A stretch of DNA of 64,000 nt from Tubulanus polymorphus (GCF_964204645.1 NC_134031.1:5890001-5954000); one strand, 5' to 3'; shown: positions 27,501 through 43,600, counted from the first letter of the stretch. Notes: generated by a model from the sequence alone, not told the origin. A program made the numbers and translations.

Positions 27501-30500
27501 CACCTAGGAACAACTTGGAGGCAAATGAACGGATGAACAACTGTGTCTCCTTTAAATAACAGATAGCTTGATCAGGGTTGTACATAGTTTTTCAGGGTGG
27601 CCACTTTCTGCCTATTTACAAATCCCTGGAGTTTTCCCTGATTTTTCCACGTGATAACGCGAAATTTCCTAAATGAATCAGAGAAATGTCTAGGTTAAAG
27701 ATGTTACAATGCATTCATTTTTCATCGATTCTTTTTCATTCTGATTCCCTGAATCTTTCAGGTCAGTGGCCACCATGTTTTTATTCCGTATACTGTGTAG
27801 GAAAATAACATTTTTCAAGCGGCGATATTTTCAATTATAACAATAACACAGTTATGAATCGTTAGGCGTTACAGATGGTGTACAGAATCAAGGCGAAACA
27901 TAACACATATACGCATTGCCCATTAACGTTAATTGTATTCGGAAAAAAAAATCGAAATCAATAAATTCCTAATGTTACCCGCGCGAACAAAAAGCTGTTT
28001 TGATTAATTCAATAACATATTCAACGTTCAGCCTAATGTTATATGAGAAATTATTAGCGTGATATAACATGATAGTGGGCCTAGGTTTGATTCCTTCCAA
28101 GGATATAAGGGTAAAAGGTTCATCTCTCGGAGATAATAACCTTTGATGCCAAGATTTAGTTTTGACAATATATAAAATAAAAATCATAAAATTCCATAAT
28201 AGTAATAGTAAATTAATGAAAAAAATGTCTCCCCGAGTCTATTCGATGCTTCGACTATACCCCAACAGCCATCTTCAGTAATACTCAATCTTCAGGAATG
28301 TAGAATAAATGACAAACTCATGGAAACATTTCGGGCTTTATCTTTTCATTAGAAGTGTGGGATTTTATGTATCATCCTCACGGACAGTGATTTCATCAAC
28401 GGTGAACTCATTTTTACTCACAACTGTGGAACTGGACCCTGGTCATTGAACCTGCCTTAAAAACTGAAAGTTTTAAGGCAGTAACACTCTGAAAGACTTG
28501 AGTAAGCCTAAATCAGGTCGCACAAAGATCAGATGCGATCAGCTGTTCGTCCGATCTTAACTACACTCAGGTCACCTGAGATCCTTCATTTTGAACCGAA
28601 CCCCGTTAGTTATGTGATGTGTACATACATCGCTGTTCATTGGCTACCTTACGATCAGTCTTTAATACACTCAGGTCACATAAGATCCATAAATGGAACA
28701 TGTCCGATCGGCTTACGAATGGTCTGCGATCAGTTTTAACGATCTTGAGTAGGCTGACTGAAACATCAGCCACTGGTTGCCTTACGACCCAACGATCTGA
28801 TCAGATCATACATGACCTGAGTTAGGCTTAGACTAAGTTAGGCTTAAGGCTGAGTTAGGCTTAAGAGGCCTGTTTTATATACTGACATTATCTTTAACCC
28901 GTGGGCTAACACCATCATTTTCAATCGAGTTCACATAACAGGGTTAAAGTAAATACCAGTCGGTGAAACCGGGACGAGGATAATTAATCCAATTTCGATG
29001 CTTACCCCAGAATGAGACGAATATAGCATAAAACACAGTTCCGGGATGATCGAATAGATACGCGATTCTCGTGTACAAACAAACATCGGACAAGTTCCAG
29101 TATTTACAGCCGATATTCTCATCGCACAGCGGACACATCTTAAAATGATTCGTTTTATTACACGTTTCATTCCTGGAAAAAAAGATAAAGAAAAATGTGT
29201 TAAGTTTTTTTTTTTGTGAACGGAGAATTTTCTTGTTGTAATAAAAACACCGTGACTCTTCTGATTTTTTCCAAACGGCCCCGATACTGCGAGTTTGACT
29301 TAAACATCCAGAGGAAAGTCGCAATCGAAGGTAGGAAGTCACGATGTGTCCCAATTAAAAGACAAGAGTGTGAAATCCGCTATGAAAAAAACAAAAACAT
29401 CAAAAACTCTGGAATTTTTGATTTTCAACTGGAAACCATTTTCAAGAGATACTAAGAGTAAGTACAAGGATATGACATGTTTATATTGTAGAATCTAACT
29501 GAGAGAATTTGATACGTGTCACTGGCTTATGAAACATAGGTCTGCCAACCACAGTTGAATTGGTAGATTCGGCATGCCATGCAACTATGTTCGAATGAAA
29601 TTCGCTATCGTCCTGACATTTTCAGGCAATCGCAAGAAATGTGGCAAATAGCCCGCGGAACCGGGTAATCAATAACGTAACATCGATAAGACACAAATTA
29701 TTTACGACGTCATCTTCACCTCCTCATTAAAGCGATCTAACAAGCATTCTACAAATAATCATATACAGTCTTCAATTCAGGCGTGGTAAATAATTAAGCG
29801 GAATAAGTTTGTGTAGTGGTCAGTTTCACTAGTGTCTGTATAAACAATCTAGCTAATTGTCTTCAATAGCGGTTTGCTTCTGGATTTAAAGGAATACACG
29901 AATTTCAACTGAAATTAAACCTAAATTTAACTGTGGAATTTGCGGAAGAATATATTGCACTTAATGCATTCAAGTCTTTGAACAAAAAGCAGTACCCGCA
30001 GTGCTGCTGTGGCAATTGAGGATTCCATGTATGGCAGGTGAGGATCCACCACATTCGCTAGTCGTCACCCAGTTTTCACGCTTCAATTTCTTCTACATTT
30101 CGATTAAATTCTTCTAAATCAACTTTTCTCATCAATAAATAAATTTCCAGTAAAACTATATAATCCACTTATTGGGAAGGTCAATCCTATATCTATGTGA
30201 TGAGTAGTTGGACCACATTTCCATTTTGGAAGCCTAAATGTCCAGTTCAAAGTAAATTGAAAATGGACTAATTTTCAGCACGGTACGTATAAATGAGTGC
30301 ATTGTTACGCCATCCAATGAACGCTACAATAAAATGTTGAACAGTTTTACATTATGAAAACTGTTCATCAATTTAAAGATGAACTATGGGTAGAACTTAT
30401 TTCTGAAAAACGAAATGATTGGTACTTACGCTATCGGGTTATCGTACATAGTGACAACGCCGTACAGAAATACCAGCAAGCCAACAATTGACGCCGGTAA

Positions 30501-33500
30501 CAACCAAGCAGTGTAGAAACCTACGAAATAAAACCAATCTAATTCAGAATCACATCGAAGAAACATTTCAATGAATTTCAGTTTCAAATTTTTTTTTTTT
30601 TAAATTTTAATTCTAATACAGATTATTCGATTTCCATCAAAATAATATACATCATCGTTATCTCGCCACGCGCCACATGAGTTTCAAATGTCCCGAGTGA
30701 AATGCCATAAAATGCTACAATTCTAGATCGAGCCCTGTGACATTCACAATTCGGGGAATATCAAAGAATTAACCGTAATGAACTCTTACCGAGCCATGCG
30801 AAGTAGATACTGATTTTCTCGCCGAAGTACTCTCGAATATGGTCCAACGGTTGGTACTTGTACCAGCGACCCCATTTAGCCCAATATCCGTAGAGTACTT
30901 GTCTCTGGTTCATGTGAGAAGGTGCTACTTTCTTCGAATCGAATTCGAACGGTCCCTGTAACGAAAAGTATCACATCATAACGGAGCCGATAAAGGGCGG
31001 ACCCGCGATTACAGACCCACTAACTAGCGGGTCAAGGGGCTATTCCTTGCGAGGGATATCATTGACACCAAACTCTATGAGACTGGGCCTAGGATAGGGT
31101 TGACCTTAAGGGAACTTTCACAGGGTTCAAACGGGTTTCCCAATTTTCCGTACCTTTTCAATACTCAGATCATAATTTCTCCATACCCCTAAGTTACACA
31201 TTGCCAACCTAGAACAGGCAATGTGTAGGCCCATTCAAAGTAAATAAATGCCAATCATCAATATCATTGTCAAAGTGTTTTCATAAGGTTTGTTATCGAA
31301 TAGTTAGTTTAAGACATTTAGGCATATAGCCTTAAATTCAAAATAGAAGGAACATTTTCTATTTTGAGGCTATTTTCTGATTTTCCATACTTTTCCATAG
31401 CCATAGAGAAGAGAAAAAAAAGTTTCCATAGCTTTTCTAGGGCCCGGAAAAAATTCCAGTTTTCCGAAACTTTCCAACGCTTTCCAAAACCTGTAAGAAC
31501 CCAGCTTTCGTACCAAACCCTATGAAACTAGTTTTAACCTTTATGGACCTAAAAATTTGCATTTCGATCCATAACTACGATATATAATCAGTTTGAAATT
31601 ATTAATATCTAATTTATATGTATATATACATATTTGTGTTATTCACCGGCTGTGGTACTATATGGACCAGGTGCTGTAACGATCAAGAACCTAATTATCG
31701 TCAAAGCACTCGTTCGCAGCCCTCCATAAAACGAACTCTCAATTACGAACCTCGTGCAGCGGGAAAGCGCCGGTGAACACCTCCTCGTCCAGCAGCCGAT
31801 CGATGCCGATTTCGGCGCGTTTCTTCTTGCCGTAGACGGTCGTCTGCAGGATTTCGTTTATCACTCGATGTCGCTGGGTCGACTTGAAATACGTGTCGTG
31901 ATTGTCGCTCCCTAAAAATCTGATCGATAGAAAAGAGAAAAATGCGTCATTTTAAGATTCTCTTCTCGCGGGATAAATGGAACGAGGTGCTTGGGCTTTG
32001 GACAATTGAGTTGCTTAAAAGTTGCTTTAAGTTAGACATTGTTAACTGGATCCCTACAGATCGGTCATTCCTGAGTGTAAGAAGTTTTCAAGGAGTTTTA
32101 AAGGAGAAAATTTCAAATTTCTAGGAAGCGTCTGTTTCACTTTCATATCCAAAATACTGTAGACTCCTAATCAGGACTGTCAATCTCAGTGAACCAGTAA
32201 TTCGGTGGTTTTTGAAGCAATTTTTTTTCGTATAAACTACCTGAACTCGGTAACTATCTAATTGGTTAAAGAAAAATCCCGGTTCCAAATAGTACCGATT
32301 TATGCGTTGTCTACTGTACAACTACAAACATTTCTAGTATCCCATTTCTTAAAATTGAATTAATTTCAAAGGAGTTTTGGGAATTTTGTTCAAATTAAAG
32401 GATTTTAAAGCACCTTTAAAAGAATCTTCCATTCACAAGGAGTTTTTAAGGAATCAAGGAGTCGTAGGGACCCTGGAGCCATTTTCAAAACATTTTGAAA
32501 ATGGCTCATAGAATTGAGTTGAAATGTCAGGCTATCTCTTAAATTTTTCTTCTTTATCAACTTATCGACTTAACACAGCCACTTGTCTATGGAAACCAAC
32601 GTAAAGCTTCAAGTTGTTCTTTTAATCGAACTGATTTCCATTCGATTCAAACGTAATAGACCGCGCGACTCTCTGAGTCGTCTACCGCGGAAATCGGACG
32701 ACTTACCTGTCGATTTTCGATCGCTTGAACTGACAGGTGTAGTAATCGAGCGGTTTATTCGGCACGTCGGAACTCATCATGTTCGGTATATGCAACATTC
32801 GCAGCACTTTCTCCGAATAATTATCGCTCGGATTCGGATGAGCCTGAAATAACGCGTGTAAAACAACAATTAAAATTCATGATCAGACACGTAATATCAA
32901 GAAATATCATAAACCAAGCGCGCGCAGCAAGAAAAACATCAAACGTCTTAACCCTTTCAGTGCGTCTACACCGCAGTGCGGTGTCTAAATCAGTGATAGA
33001 TTTTGCTAGTACACTGCACTGCGGTGTATTGATGTAATTAGTAATTATCTCTCTTCAAAAATGGCAGCACGTGTCAAACATAGTGAAATACTAGTAACTA
33101 ACGATACACCGCAACGCAGTGTAGACGCACCATAGTGGTATTCCCGCTGTTCAACACACTAGGGTGGATTTTCTTAGAATTTTCAAATTATCTCCAGCAC
33201 TATAGGGTATTAATTAGTCAGCACTGAAAGGGTTAACCCAAGCATACATCGACAAAGTAACTGGAGACAACTAGTTGCGGGGTAGTTTTCGGCGTATGAG
33301 AGGATCAGGAACTGAATTTGTCGATGTACACAAGCTTACGACTGGTAAGCGACTATCTATCTCCAGTTCGAACCAATTGCTGATGTTCTACTTTTGAGCA
33401 ACTGGTTGTACTGAGTGACGGGTTTTCCAGGTTTTCCTGGTCAGTGGCCACCCTAAGTAAGTAAGTTTCTGGATCGGATATTTTCACAAATCGCAATGGC

Positions 33501-34561
33501 TTTAGCCCTATATGAAATAAAAAGGTTAACGCCAAAATCAGGTAACTGCGTGCTCAATAGATATGTTGGATCCCCATACATTATGTCTGTCTATTCGTCA
33601 AAACTTGCAAAAATTTGAAGAAAAGCCATCTAGCTTTTACGGTTACATTTAAGATTAGCCGACTATAACCGCTAGCTAACTGTCCCATCGTAAACGTGGA
33701 TCCATGGCGTACCGGCGACGCTACTGTGTGGCAAGCGAAATTCCACTATAATCCGCCAGGTGTCGCTAGTATACAGTACGATGTCGATGCTGGATTTCTT
33801 CTCAAACTCAAATAAAACCTAACACAATAATTTCTCAAGTTCTGTGCATGATGTACGAAAATTATGCCACACATTGGAACTTCTATGATTAATCAGTGTT
33901 TATTTAGACGCTTGATTTGCTTAATTTTTGGATCACAAGACCGAAAATTGAAAATTGAGATCAAAGTTATTTGACGAGAATGAACTAATTTTGATCGAGT
34001 TCGTCTGATATCTTTAACCGTTTCGGTACCGACTAATAAATCCCCTTAAAAGTAGTGCTGGAGATAATCTGAAAATATTTGAACAATTCCAGCCCAGTGC
34101 ATCAAATAACAGGCATCAGCTATGATGCGTCTACACCGCGGTGCAGTGTATCGCTAGTTGCTTATATCTAACTGTGTTTGACAGGTGCTGCCATCATTAA
34201 AGATAAAAACGTTTACGAATTATATCAATACACCACAGTGCGGTGTACTAGCAAAGTCAATCAATCTATACACCGCTATGCGGCGTAAACACACTGAAAG
34301 GGGTTAATAGTGGCGCGATCTGACGGGTAAGCTCATGCGCCGGTAGACCCCGGTGTCTCTATCATGAAATCGCGTCGAACAACATTCGTAATGACAAAAA
34401 TGATTTTGAATGCATCGTTCAGAACCATGTACGCTCTTTCTCTCTCTACCTCCCTCCCTCACGAGCCGCCGTTATTATTCGAATAATAACCATAGCAACT
34501 TGTATACAATTAGTCAGCGGTGAAATATCAAGGGATGAAAACGAACACGACATGATGATAA

Positions 34562-34659
<98 letters not shown>

Positions 34660-37600
34660 TAATGAATATATCTTATGAATCTTAACACATTATCAGCAAT
34701 CCTCCTCCGGCAAATTATCACTCATCAATTTCAATATTATTACCATTTCCATCTTCATCTCGGTATAGAAAATAATGCGTGTAGGGCCTTTATAGAATAT
34801 GCCTGTCTGTAACTTTTCCTCTTCTTCATTAATTTCCCCCCTTTTTTTCTTTCTTTTGCTTCTTCCGTTTTTCTTTTTTTCATTCTCGTTTATCAGGGGT
34901 CTGGGCAACGAACTTGCCGGGGGTCCTTCATTGTGTCACAAATTTATACAATATCGTACATATATATTGCTTATATTATGCTTGAATTCATTCATGCACA
35001 GTGAAACTCGCTTAATTTAGATCGTTTTAATCTGGATATTCACAGGCTTCATTTCTATTCAAAGGTATAGAGAATATGATTTGCAATTCGGATTTCATCA
35101 CAAATGAGTTTTACTACGCTAGCAAATATAAGAGCTAATACATTTTTGTGGCTGAGGGTTTTTTACCTTGTTCAAAGCTCAGAGCACCACCGTTCAAATC
35201 TTTGAGGCATCTGCCACTGACGAGAAGAATCTCTGTCAGTGTGGCGCTGCTTTGTGCCCATTCACAAATACCCAGAGTTTACCCTGATTTTTCCATGTGA
35301 TTATACAAAATTCCTAGAAATTTCTAGGTTTAAAATGATACAATTCAAACATTTTTCATTGAATCACGTACTGATAAAGACGCGAGGTCAATAGCATCAT
35401 CTGAATTCCCAAAGTTTTCCAGGTTTTCGGCAAAATTTGCCACAAATTCTGCAGAGAGTTTTCCCAAATGTTTTCTCGATTTTCCCGATTCCCTTAGTTT
35501 TCCAGGTTTTCCAGGTCAGTTCAGTGGCCACCTTGTCTGTCGTCAGCAGGATTCGAACCCCTGAACGCTGACCAGACTCGTTACCGAAGGCATCAATGAC
35601 TTGGGGCTACTGTTCCTCTCTTAAAGCTAGGGACACACGAGCGTATTTTTTCGCCCGATCGCGACGATTAAATTCGCCAGCGAATTCGCCGACGAAATAA
35701 TACGCCCGATACGAGCGGGCACGCATAGCGATCAAACCGAAATTCGGTCAGCGACTGGCACTAAGAGGGAGAGAGTTAACGAATCACATGATATCAACAA
35801 TGCATCCTATTGGTTGATAAAAATGGATCGCTCGGCGAAATTCGCTGAGTGCGGGCAGACAAGCGAATTTGCGGGCGATCCGATCGCCGGCGTAAATTAT
35901 CGGCCGAAAATATCAAACATGTTTGATACGGGCGATTCGTCGGGCGATCGATTCGGCCGACGAAATCGTTGTCGCCGTGAGTGGCCACACGAGCGAATTT
36001 TTCGGGCGATTTATAAATTCGCCGCGATCGGGCGAAAAAATACGCTCGTGTGCCCCTACCTTAACTTAACATATTCACCTCGATCAAATTATTTTCGCAT
36101 TTTCTAATTTCAAGAGAATTCGAATACGAAATGACGACACAACGCAGCACATACTGACATTACATTCATTTTTCCCAGGCATCGAGAGCTATCCCCTATT
36201 ACGGTCATTATTTCTAAATGTGTCAAATAGTTTTTCACATTAATCGAAATACGTGTACATGATAATAACAACAACGGCATCTCTATATACGTATACACAG
36301 CGGCGACTGCGGTTATCAAACTGTTTATCGTATTGTATTAATTATCCGTCTGAACGCGGACTCATCCCGAGTTCGAATAAGGTCCCCGCGGGATTACGGG
36401 ACAGTCTGCGCATATGAATATACATATATACGGATATTCGTCCAGATCCAGTTTTATTTCAGATATAGATATTTAACCGGGTTTGGTATTTAATTGGCTA
36501 ATTTACAATATGCATGTGCATCAGCCACGCGTTGAATTTTTTAAGTCGCACACCTTATCAGGAAATATAACCAGATATAAAAGCCTGGAAAATATGTTTG
36601 GCAGAGTTATTAAAAAGACAAAAAATATATCCAAATGGACCCCGATAAGAGCCAGAAAACTCCTTTTTGTCCTAAATCATCTGCTGGAAGGGCCACCAAG
36701 GTTTCGCGCTTGAAGCCTCCGCAATGGGCCACGAAGGTTTCGCGCATGAAGCCTCCGCACTGCCAATTCTGCCCTTCCAGGTCAATATCCTCTGCCAAAT
36801 TTCATGTCACAGTTCATTTTGAATTAATCTTTAATAATTCTTGCTTTATTATGCTTGCTTCAACGGTTCTCGAAGACTGTGACCAGTGAAAAAGATAAAG
36901 ATATTACATTCAAATCGTACCTGACTAATCGACTGACTGCCCGGAATAAAACGATTTAACATTTCATCTATAACAATTTCATAAACCCTACACAACTAAC
37001 TCGTCGAAACTGAATAACAAAATCTCATATAATGCGTGTATAACAATTTGAACAAATCAACGCTTTCAATGTCCGACAAATTTTGTGTTTCCAATGACGA
37101 TGTCTGCAAATATTCAGCTGCCAGATAATATCGCGTTTCACCAATTTTCAGCCGCTTAACCCTTTCAGTGCGTCTACACCGCAGTGCGGTGTATAAATCA
37201 GTGATAGATTTTGCTAATACACCGCACTGCGGTGTATTGATCTAATAAGTAATTAATAATTAACTCTATTGAAAAATGGCAGCACCTGTCAAACATAGTG
37301 AAATACTAGTAACTAATGATACACCGCGCCGCGGTGTAGATGCACTATATATAGTGGTATTCCCGTTATTCAACACACTAGGGTGGAATTTTTTTAAATT
37401 TTCAAATTATCTTCAGCACTTTAGGGTATTTATAAGTCAGCACTGAAAGGGTTAAAAAGTGCACATCGGGATAGGTCACTTTTTATAGAACACGTGAACT
37501 ACGGTATACATATATCTGCTCTCTGAATAAACGCATAGGAGGAATTGAATTGAATTGTGAACTGTATTTCAGATAAAGGAACGTGTGAACTATATTTCAG

Positions 37601-40600
37601 ACATACGAAAAAAATCATGCCAAATCCTAAGAGGGAGACAATCTAACAACCGGGCCGCGATAACGAGGTTAATGATCAAATAAATCATGTATTTCTTCGG
37701 TATAGATCGTCGAGTCCACCCACGCATTACTGCGAGACAGTCTCTCCCTCTCTCTCTCTCCTCTCTGCTGCTGGCGGCTACAGACTGACTGCGACTAAAC
37801 TATCCGATGATTCGATATCTTCGAAAACTGATCTCGCCAGTGGCTTTTAGATCCTCGCGTAATCGCATTTGATTCGTCAGAATAAATTCCTAGATGTTCA
37901 TAGCCGAGAGTTAAGTTTTTTTTAACGTAGGAGTGAATAACGAATATGAAACAAGCGATGGGGGAGATGCGCAGAATGAAAAGAGCGCAGGACAGACTAT
38001 GACGGGGTAAGATGGTACAGCAACCAAGATAAGGGGAGAGGCCAATGGAAGGATAGATGGGGAGTAGAGTAAAACCTCTCTATAGTGAATGCCTGTGGGA
38101 CCAACAAAAAGGTGTTGGAGGTGTTCACTACAGGGTCTCAGGTCATGATGCGACATGGGACGACAGTTTGGCACAGAACCACTGTTTAACATAGGTTGAA
38201 CCTGCTAAGCCAGAAAAAGACAGTGTTCACTGTTCACTACAGATGATGTGTGTATTCTAGAAAGGAGAATTTCGAGACTGGGCAAAAGGTGTCCACTATA
38301 GACAGGGGTTCACTATAGACTGGGTTCACTATATAACCGGGTTCACTATAGGCCTATAGAGGGGTTCACTATATAGAGGGGTTTACTACGGGAGGTTTTA
38401 CTGTAATGATAGTTTTTTTGTAGATAGTCAGAAACGGTGGAGAGGAGGTGAAAGAGAAAAAGGGTAGAGATAGAAGGTAAAGGAGAAAGAGGCATTAGCA
38501 GTGAGGAAAGAATTACGGATCTACGGGGGGGGGGGGTGTTGGAAGGGGGATGAAAGAGGTGAGAGAAAGAATCATATATCTAAATGTACGTGAATCTCTG
38601 AGGAACAGGCTTTCAATTAAGCATCTATCTAACACGCGTCATTGCATCATCGTTACTGATATGGCCTCACTGCGCCGCGCTATTATAAGTAGAGTTCAGC
38701 ATTGTTATTCGGCTTCACGGTAGCAGATATCATGGTGTTCAGATTATTGACAGGGGAGCTTTTGTTATTCGCATTATATTGATAACGAGTAATATTGTTT
38801 TCATGTTTTATGATGAATACGACCGACCGCCGCAACACCGAGAGACCCAGACGGGCAGTTCTGGGTTAATTTCACTCAGTATCGAGCGAGTAAATAAATC
38901 GATAATTATCAGAGCATAGAACGACTGAAGTTTAAAGCCGCGTTCACACTACATTATTCAGAACAGCCTAAACTTGGCCAGTTCCGATTTAGTAAAGACC
39001 AACACTAGCAAAAAGTCCGTTCCAAATTGGTCAGTTCCAATTTAGACCGTTCCAATTTAGACCATTCCAATTTGCGCCGACCTAAAAGACCGATCCAGGT
39101 CCGTTCCAAATTTTGAAACGGAGTTAAGCTGCTGTGTGCGTGTGCGGACAGAAACTGGTTCCAGGTCCGTTTTAAATCGTACTCGGTGGTATTGCATCAC
39201 CAATTCGTGGTCAAGCTGATCAATATAAATTTCAGATTTCACATAATTCCTATATTACATAAATTTTTAGGCAATATAGGAATAACGGAATATCATTATT
39301 CGTCTTAAAATCTGTCTATAGCACGATCGCCAATTCTGATTTGGTCCGTAATAATTTTGGCCCATTTCCAGGTACGGACCCATTCGGAACCGTCAACGTA
39401 TTGATAGTGTGAATGCGCCTTAAGTTGTTTTTTTTAATGTTTTTTCTAGGATCTAACAAAGAAATTGGCAACACTTTTTCGATACTACTGCAGTGCGGAT
39501 ATTTTTCCGAAATAACAGAAATAAATTTTTCCAGCGTTGTGATAAACCATGAAAGTGAACGTGACGTAAACTGACGATTCATTTTCAAATCAACGATCAA
39601 ACCACACGGCAATGTATCAGAACCTCTGTGTGCACAGTACTAGGTGGGAAAAAACGATGGTTCGTTCATCTCATTTTACCAGGAAGTCAACCCTGGCAAG
39701 TGTGCTAAATCAATCAATAACACACACACACACATACATTACAGCATACCTTTTCCATTATCTGCCACTAGGGGGAGCAAGTAACAAATACAGTTATTTA
39801 AGCATTTTCCGAATATGAGATGATTTTGTGCGTACAGAATTTAGCGTTTAGCCATCGCGCATCAGTTGTTGCTCCGATGGAACCAATCCCCGGCAATCGC
39901 GCGGATGTCAAATTACGAGCGGTACTTACACTGTACATTAAGTCTATATAACACAAATAAACATTTACGCTATATTATATTTGCACGTTACTAAACTACT
40001 CATTCCCTCTGCATCAATCAACTCGGTTATTTTCACTACTACCACTACTGCTAGCTACGTATGTGAACATGGTTACGGGAAATGACATCAATTTTCTAAA
40101 ACAGCCGATGACAAAAACGTTTGTGCGTTTCGATATAACATTCAGTGTCTACCCGCTCTCTGCCCGACGCTTCGTTACCTTCTTGTTCGTCCGTTTGGCA
40201 CTAGGGGTCGGTGTCATCTACGTGAATGAGCACGCGTGTTTTGTTTTGTTTTGTTTTGGTTCTATATTCAGTGAACGGTCACAGCTACCCTAGTATAACA
40301 CACACATATACACCGTACCTTCTCCATAACCTGCCACTAGAGGGAGCCAGTAAAATATACAATAAGTTTCATTCATTAATCGATGTATGAGCTTTAATAT
40401 TTGGTTCATTGCGGAGCGACTCAAGCCAGATCACTGGCTGAACCCGTGCTTACCAACCCCAATCGTCACAACTGGTCTAGAACCTGATATCAATATGACT
40501 TCAGCTTACCATGACTAACCAGGGTTAGACATATACTAACCAGGGTTAGACATATGGTCGTGTGACCATCAACAACTACTAAACCGAGGATTGCGATTGG

Positions 40601-43600
40601 TTTATATGAATACGTAAAAAGAACACGCGACTTAAGCCGCGATCACATGATCACATTTTTGATCAGACCAAAAAGGTCAGACCAGGCCGAGTTTAACTAT
40701 TGCGTGTGAATTACAACTGGTCCTGGAAGTGACTAAGACAGTGAATAAGCATTGTTCAGTATCGAGTGAGTGGGTTACGTGTGAACACGCTCTCTTATCA
40801 GGCATGGGTCAAATTTGACCCGGCCTGATGCGGGCCAAATCGTCTCCGTTGGTCACCATTCTCGACTTGCCCTACGGTTTGGTCTCGAGCTAATCATGGA
40901 CTCTAATCAGTAGGCCATACCTATGGTCTCTAATCAGTAGGCCATACCTATGGCCTCTAATCAGTAGGCCATAGGCCTACCTATGGTTATGGTGGCTCAC
41001 TGTAAGGTCATAAACGATCGGTCTAGACTATTGAATGCGCGAGTGTAACCTAGCGTTACCACCAGAGCTGATCACTGCTACTAACGAGACAGTCGATGGG
41101 TATGAACACTCTAGGCCGATGACGAATCACCAGCAAACCATTCATCATCTTTCGCTCTATACGTATATCTAAAAGCCGGTCACATATAAATCTCGACAAA
41201 TGGATGACTCGCGTCGACGGACAGGAAACTCGTATCATTAGCATTATATAATACGATAGTTCAAACAGTGAATGGTCGACCTTCGAGTATCAGACATTTG
41301 CTCTAAAATCCATTCTCAAATGATATTTTTTCGGGGATAAATAACTCGATCAGCCAGGCGTGGATCCAGGGGTGGCACCTGGGGCACGTGCTCTAGATTT
41401 TCAGTTAGCCCCCGAAAATGCTTTCCCGTAGAAAGTTCAGTATCACCTGAGGACGTCTAAAAACGTCTAATTTATTTTTCTTTGGTCGAAACAAGCTCAA
41501 ATCTTTGGAAATGGCATCTGCAGGGGTGTATTTTTCAAAATTTTCCCTGAGAAGGCCAATCCGACCCCTTTTCACTACTCGCCGATAATGCCTCTTTATG
41601 ATAATCATTGCCCTTTTCATCGGGTGCTACCCCTCGATATAAGCCCTGGATCCGCTGCCCCTGTTAGCTACGGGAAGCGATCTCGCCGGGCGAGTACGGA
41701 TTAGTTAATCATCAATTAATCCAGCCCCGGCAAGCGAGTGTCATAAATAAATCAGGAGCCGCATGCAGTATACACGATGACAAGCGTTCCGCGCGGAGGC
41801 GGCAACAGTAGCAATATCGTTTAATCAGTTCAACCGTCGTCGTCGTTCGGAATTAAATTAATGATCCGCTTATTTCGACGTACATATACACACACATGCT
41901 ATCATTTCTCTATTATGGTAATAAACGTCGTAACGATCGACGATACAATAATTCGACCTTTTACAGGATCAAAGCCATAAGCCACCGTGGAAGTTGTTCC
42001 ACACCAGGGTTGAATTATGATCCATGATTATGAAACTACATATACAAAACTACTTCGACTAGGGCCAAATTTGGACCAGAACGACTGTTCGTGCGGGTGC
42101 CGAATTGCCCCGATCCGTGCTTATTTGGCGCGGGCTAAATCGTCTCTGCGCGATCGAGGCTACTTGCGCTATGCGGAGATGATTTGACATCTTCAACGCA
42201 GAATGGACAACATGTTTCAGGTTTTGAATTCACTATCGAATATGGTCACAGCTGACGACTAAGTAGAAAACAAATATTCCTGAACGAGTTCAAACTCTTG
42301 ACTTCACAACGATTATACAGCAAATAATCCTACAATCACCCTACAAACTATTTCAATGTAACAAACGAGTCCTATGTCATCCTCTTACCCGTCTTGCACT
42401 ACAAATTGCAACGATATCCGAGTTGGGTGTTATGTAATTCGAAATGATTAAAAAAGGACTTAAGCAGGGTGACATCATCGGCAAATACTCTCATGATGTC
42501 ATCCTAACTGCTACTTCATTAGATAAGACCCTAGTAGATGCCTAAATTACCCATGAAAAGGGGTAGGGACTTTTTATTTACCAATACTAGTGATGATAGT
42601 GCATATACCCTATGTAAAACCACTGAGGACTATTTGTTGATGTCATAGGGGATATAGGAGCCAGCGATTATTTTGCTCAAATTTGTAGAACAATGCGACT
42701 GTGTGCTTAAAGATTGCCCGACGTAGACCTAGTTTTTGGTCTCAGACTTCCTCATTGTCTCTACTACTAACCAGGAGTAAGGATGTCTCCTATAAATTAG
42801 TTTTATCGAGAGGTTTTTATTTCTCTCATTCCTACGAATTCAATAGGTTCATGATCTGACAATAATCGGTGAATTGACGGACAACATAAATCTAAACTAG
42901 GGGCCCGAGGACACCATGCCAATTTGGAAAGTGATCTGGAATGCTCGACAATCTGACAATTTTCCGAATGGCCTTTTTTCTTGTGATGCTAGACCAAACC
43001 TCAAGACAATTGATCAAAATGTCTTTCTATAATTCTATGAAAACTTCATAAATATGGAGAAATGCTGATTTTGCTGAACATTAATATGGCTACAAGTCAG
43101 CCATCTTGATTCTGATCAGTAGATACATGATAACCCAAGTATCAAGACCATACATCAGAGCGTAAAAAAAACTTCCCAAGAAAACTAGATTCTGTCCACA
43201 GATGACAGACAACTGGATGGACGAAAAGTGAATGCAAAACAAAATCAGATTCTGTCCACAGATGACAGACAACTGGATGGACGAAAAGTGAATGCAAAAC
43301 AAAATCAATCAAAAATATACGGCACGCACTAAACTGAAAAACAAAATCTACAAATTCATTTCACAATATTCATAGACTACTGTCCACTGCCCTCCCCGAC
43401 AACTCCCTATAACAGATAACATTCAAACCGCATAGGCTGCAAAAAAATAACGTGGTTTTAAGACATCAACACATCGAATAATGGAGACTCATCGAAAAAG
43501 CCTCGCATTTAAACGATTCGATTCAGCGAAATCGAAAAGCTAAAATTGTTTCGAAAAAAGCCAAAACATTTGAAGCTGATTCCGCGATTCTCCGTTAGAA

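Noticed and set aside
28820-28863. TTAGGC repeats resembling telomeric sequence
   Set aside because: Only three interrupted units at the end of a palindromic repeat.
34693-35020. Lys/Glu-rich and Phe-rich opposing ORFs
   Set aside because: Arise from a polypurine/polypyrimidine tract; no usable splice sites found.
35545-35612. tRNA B-box-like GGTTCGAATCC on minus (similar at 47584-47596 and 51093-51104)
   Set aside because: No cloverleaf could be formed; at most SINE-derived fragments.
36921-36932. Possible 12-nt microexon (SISQ) with CAG|gtacg donor
   Set aside because: Weak pyrimidine tract, and a competing AG 4 nt upstream gives a stop; support too thin.
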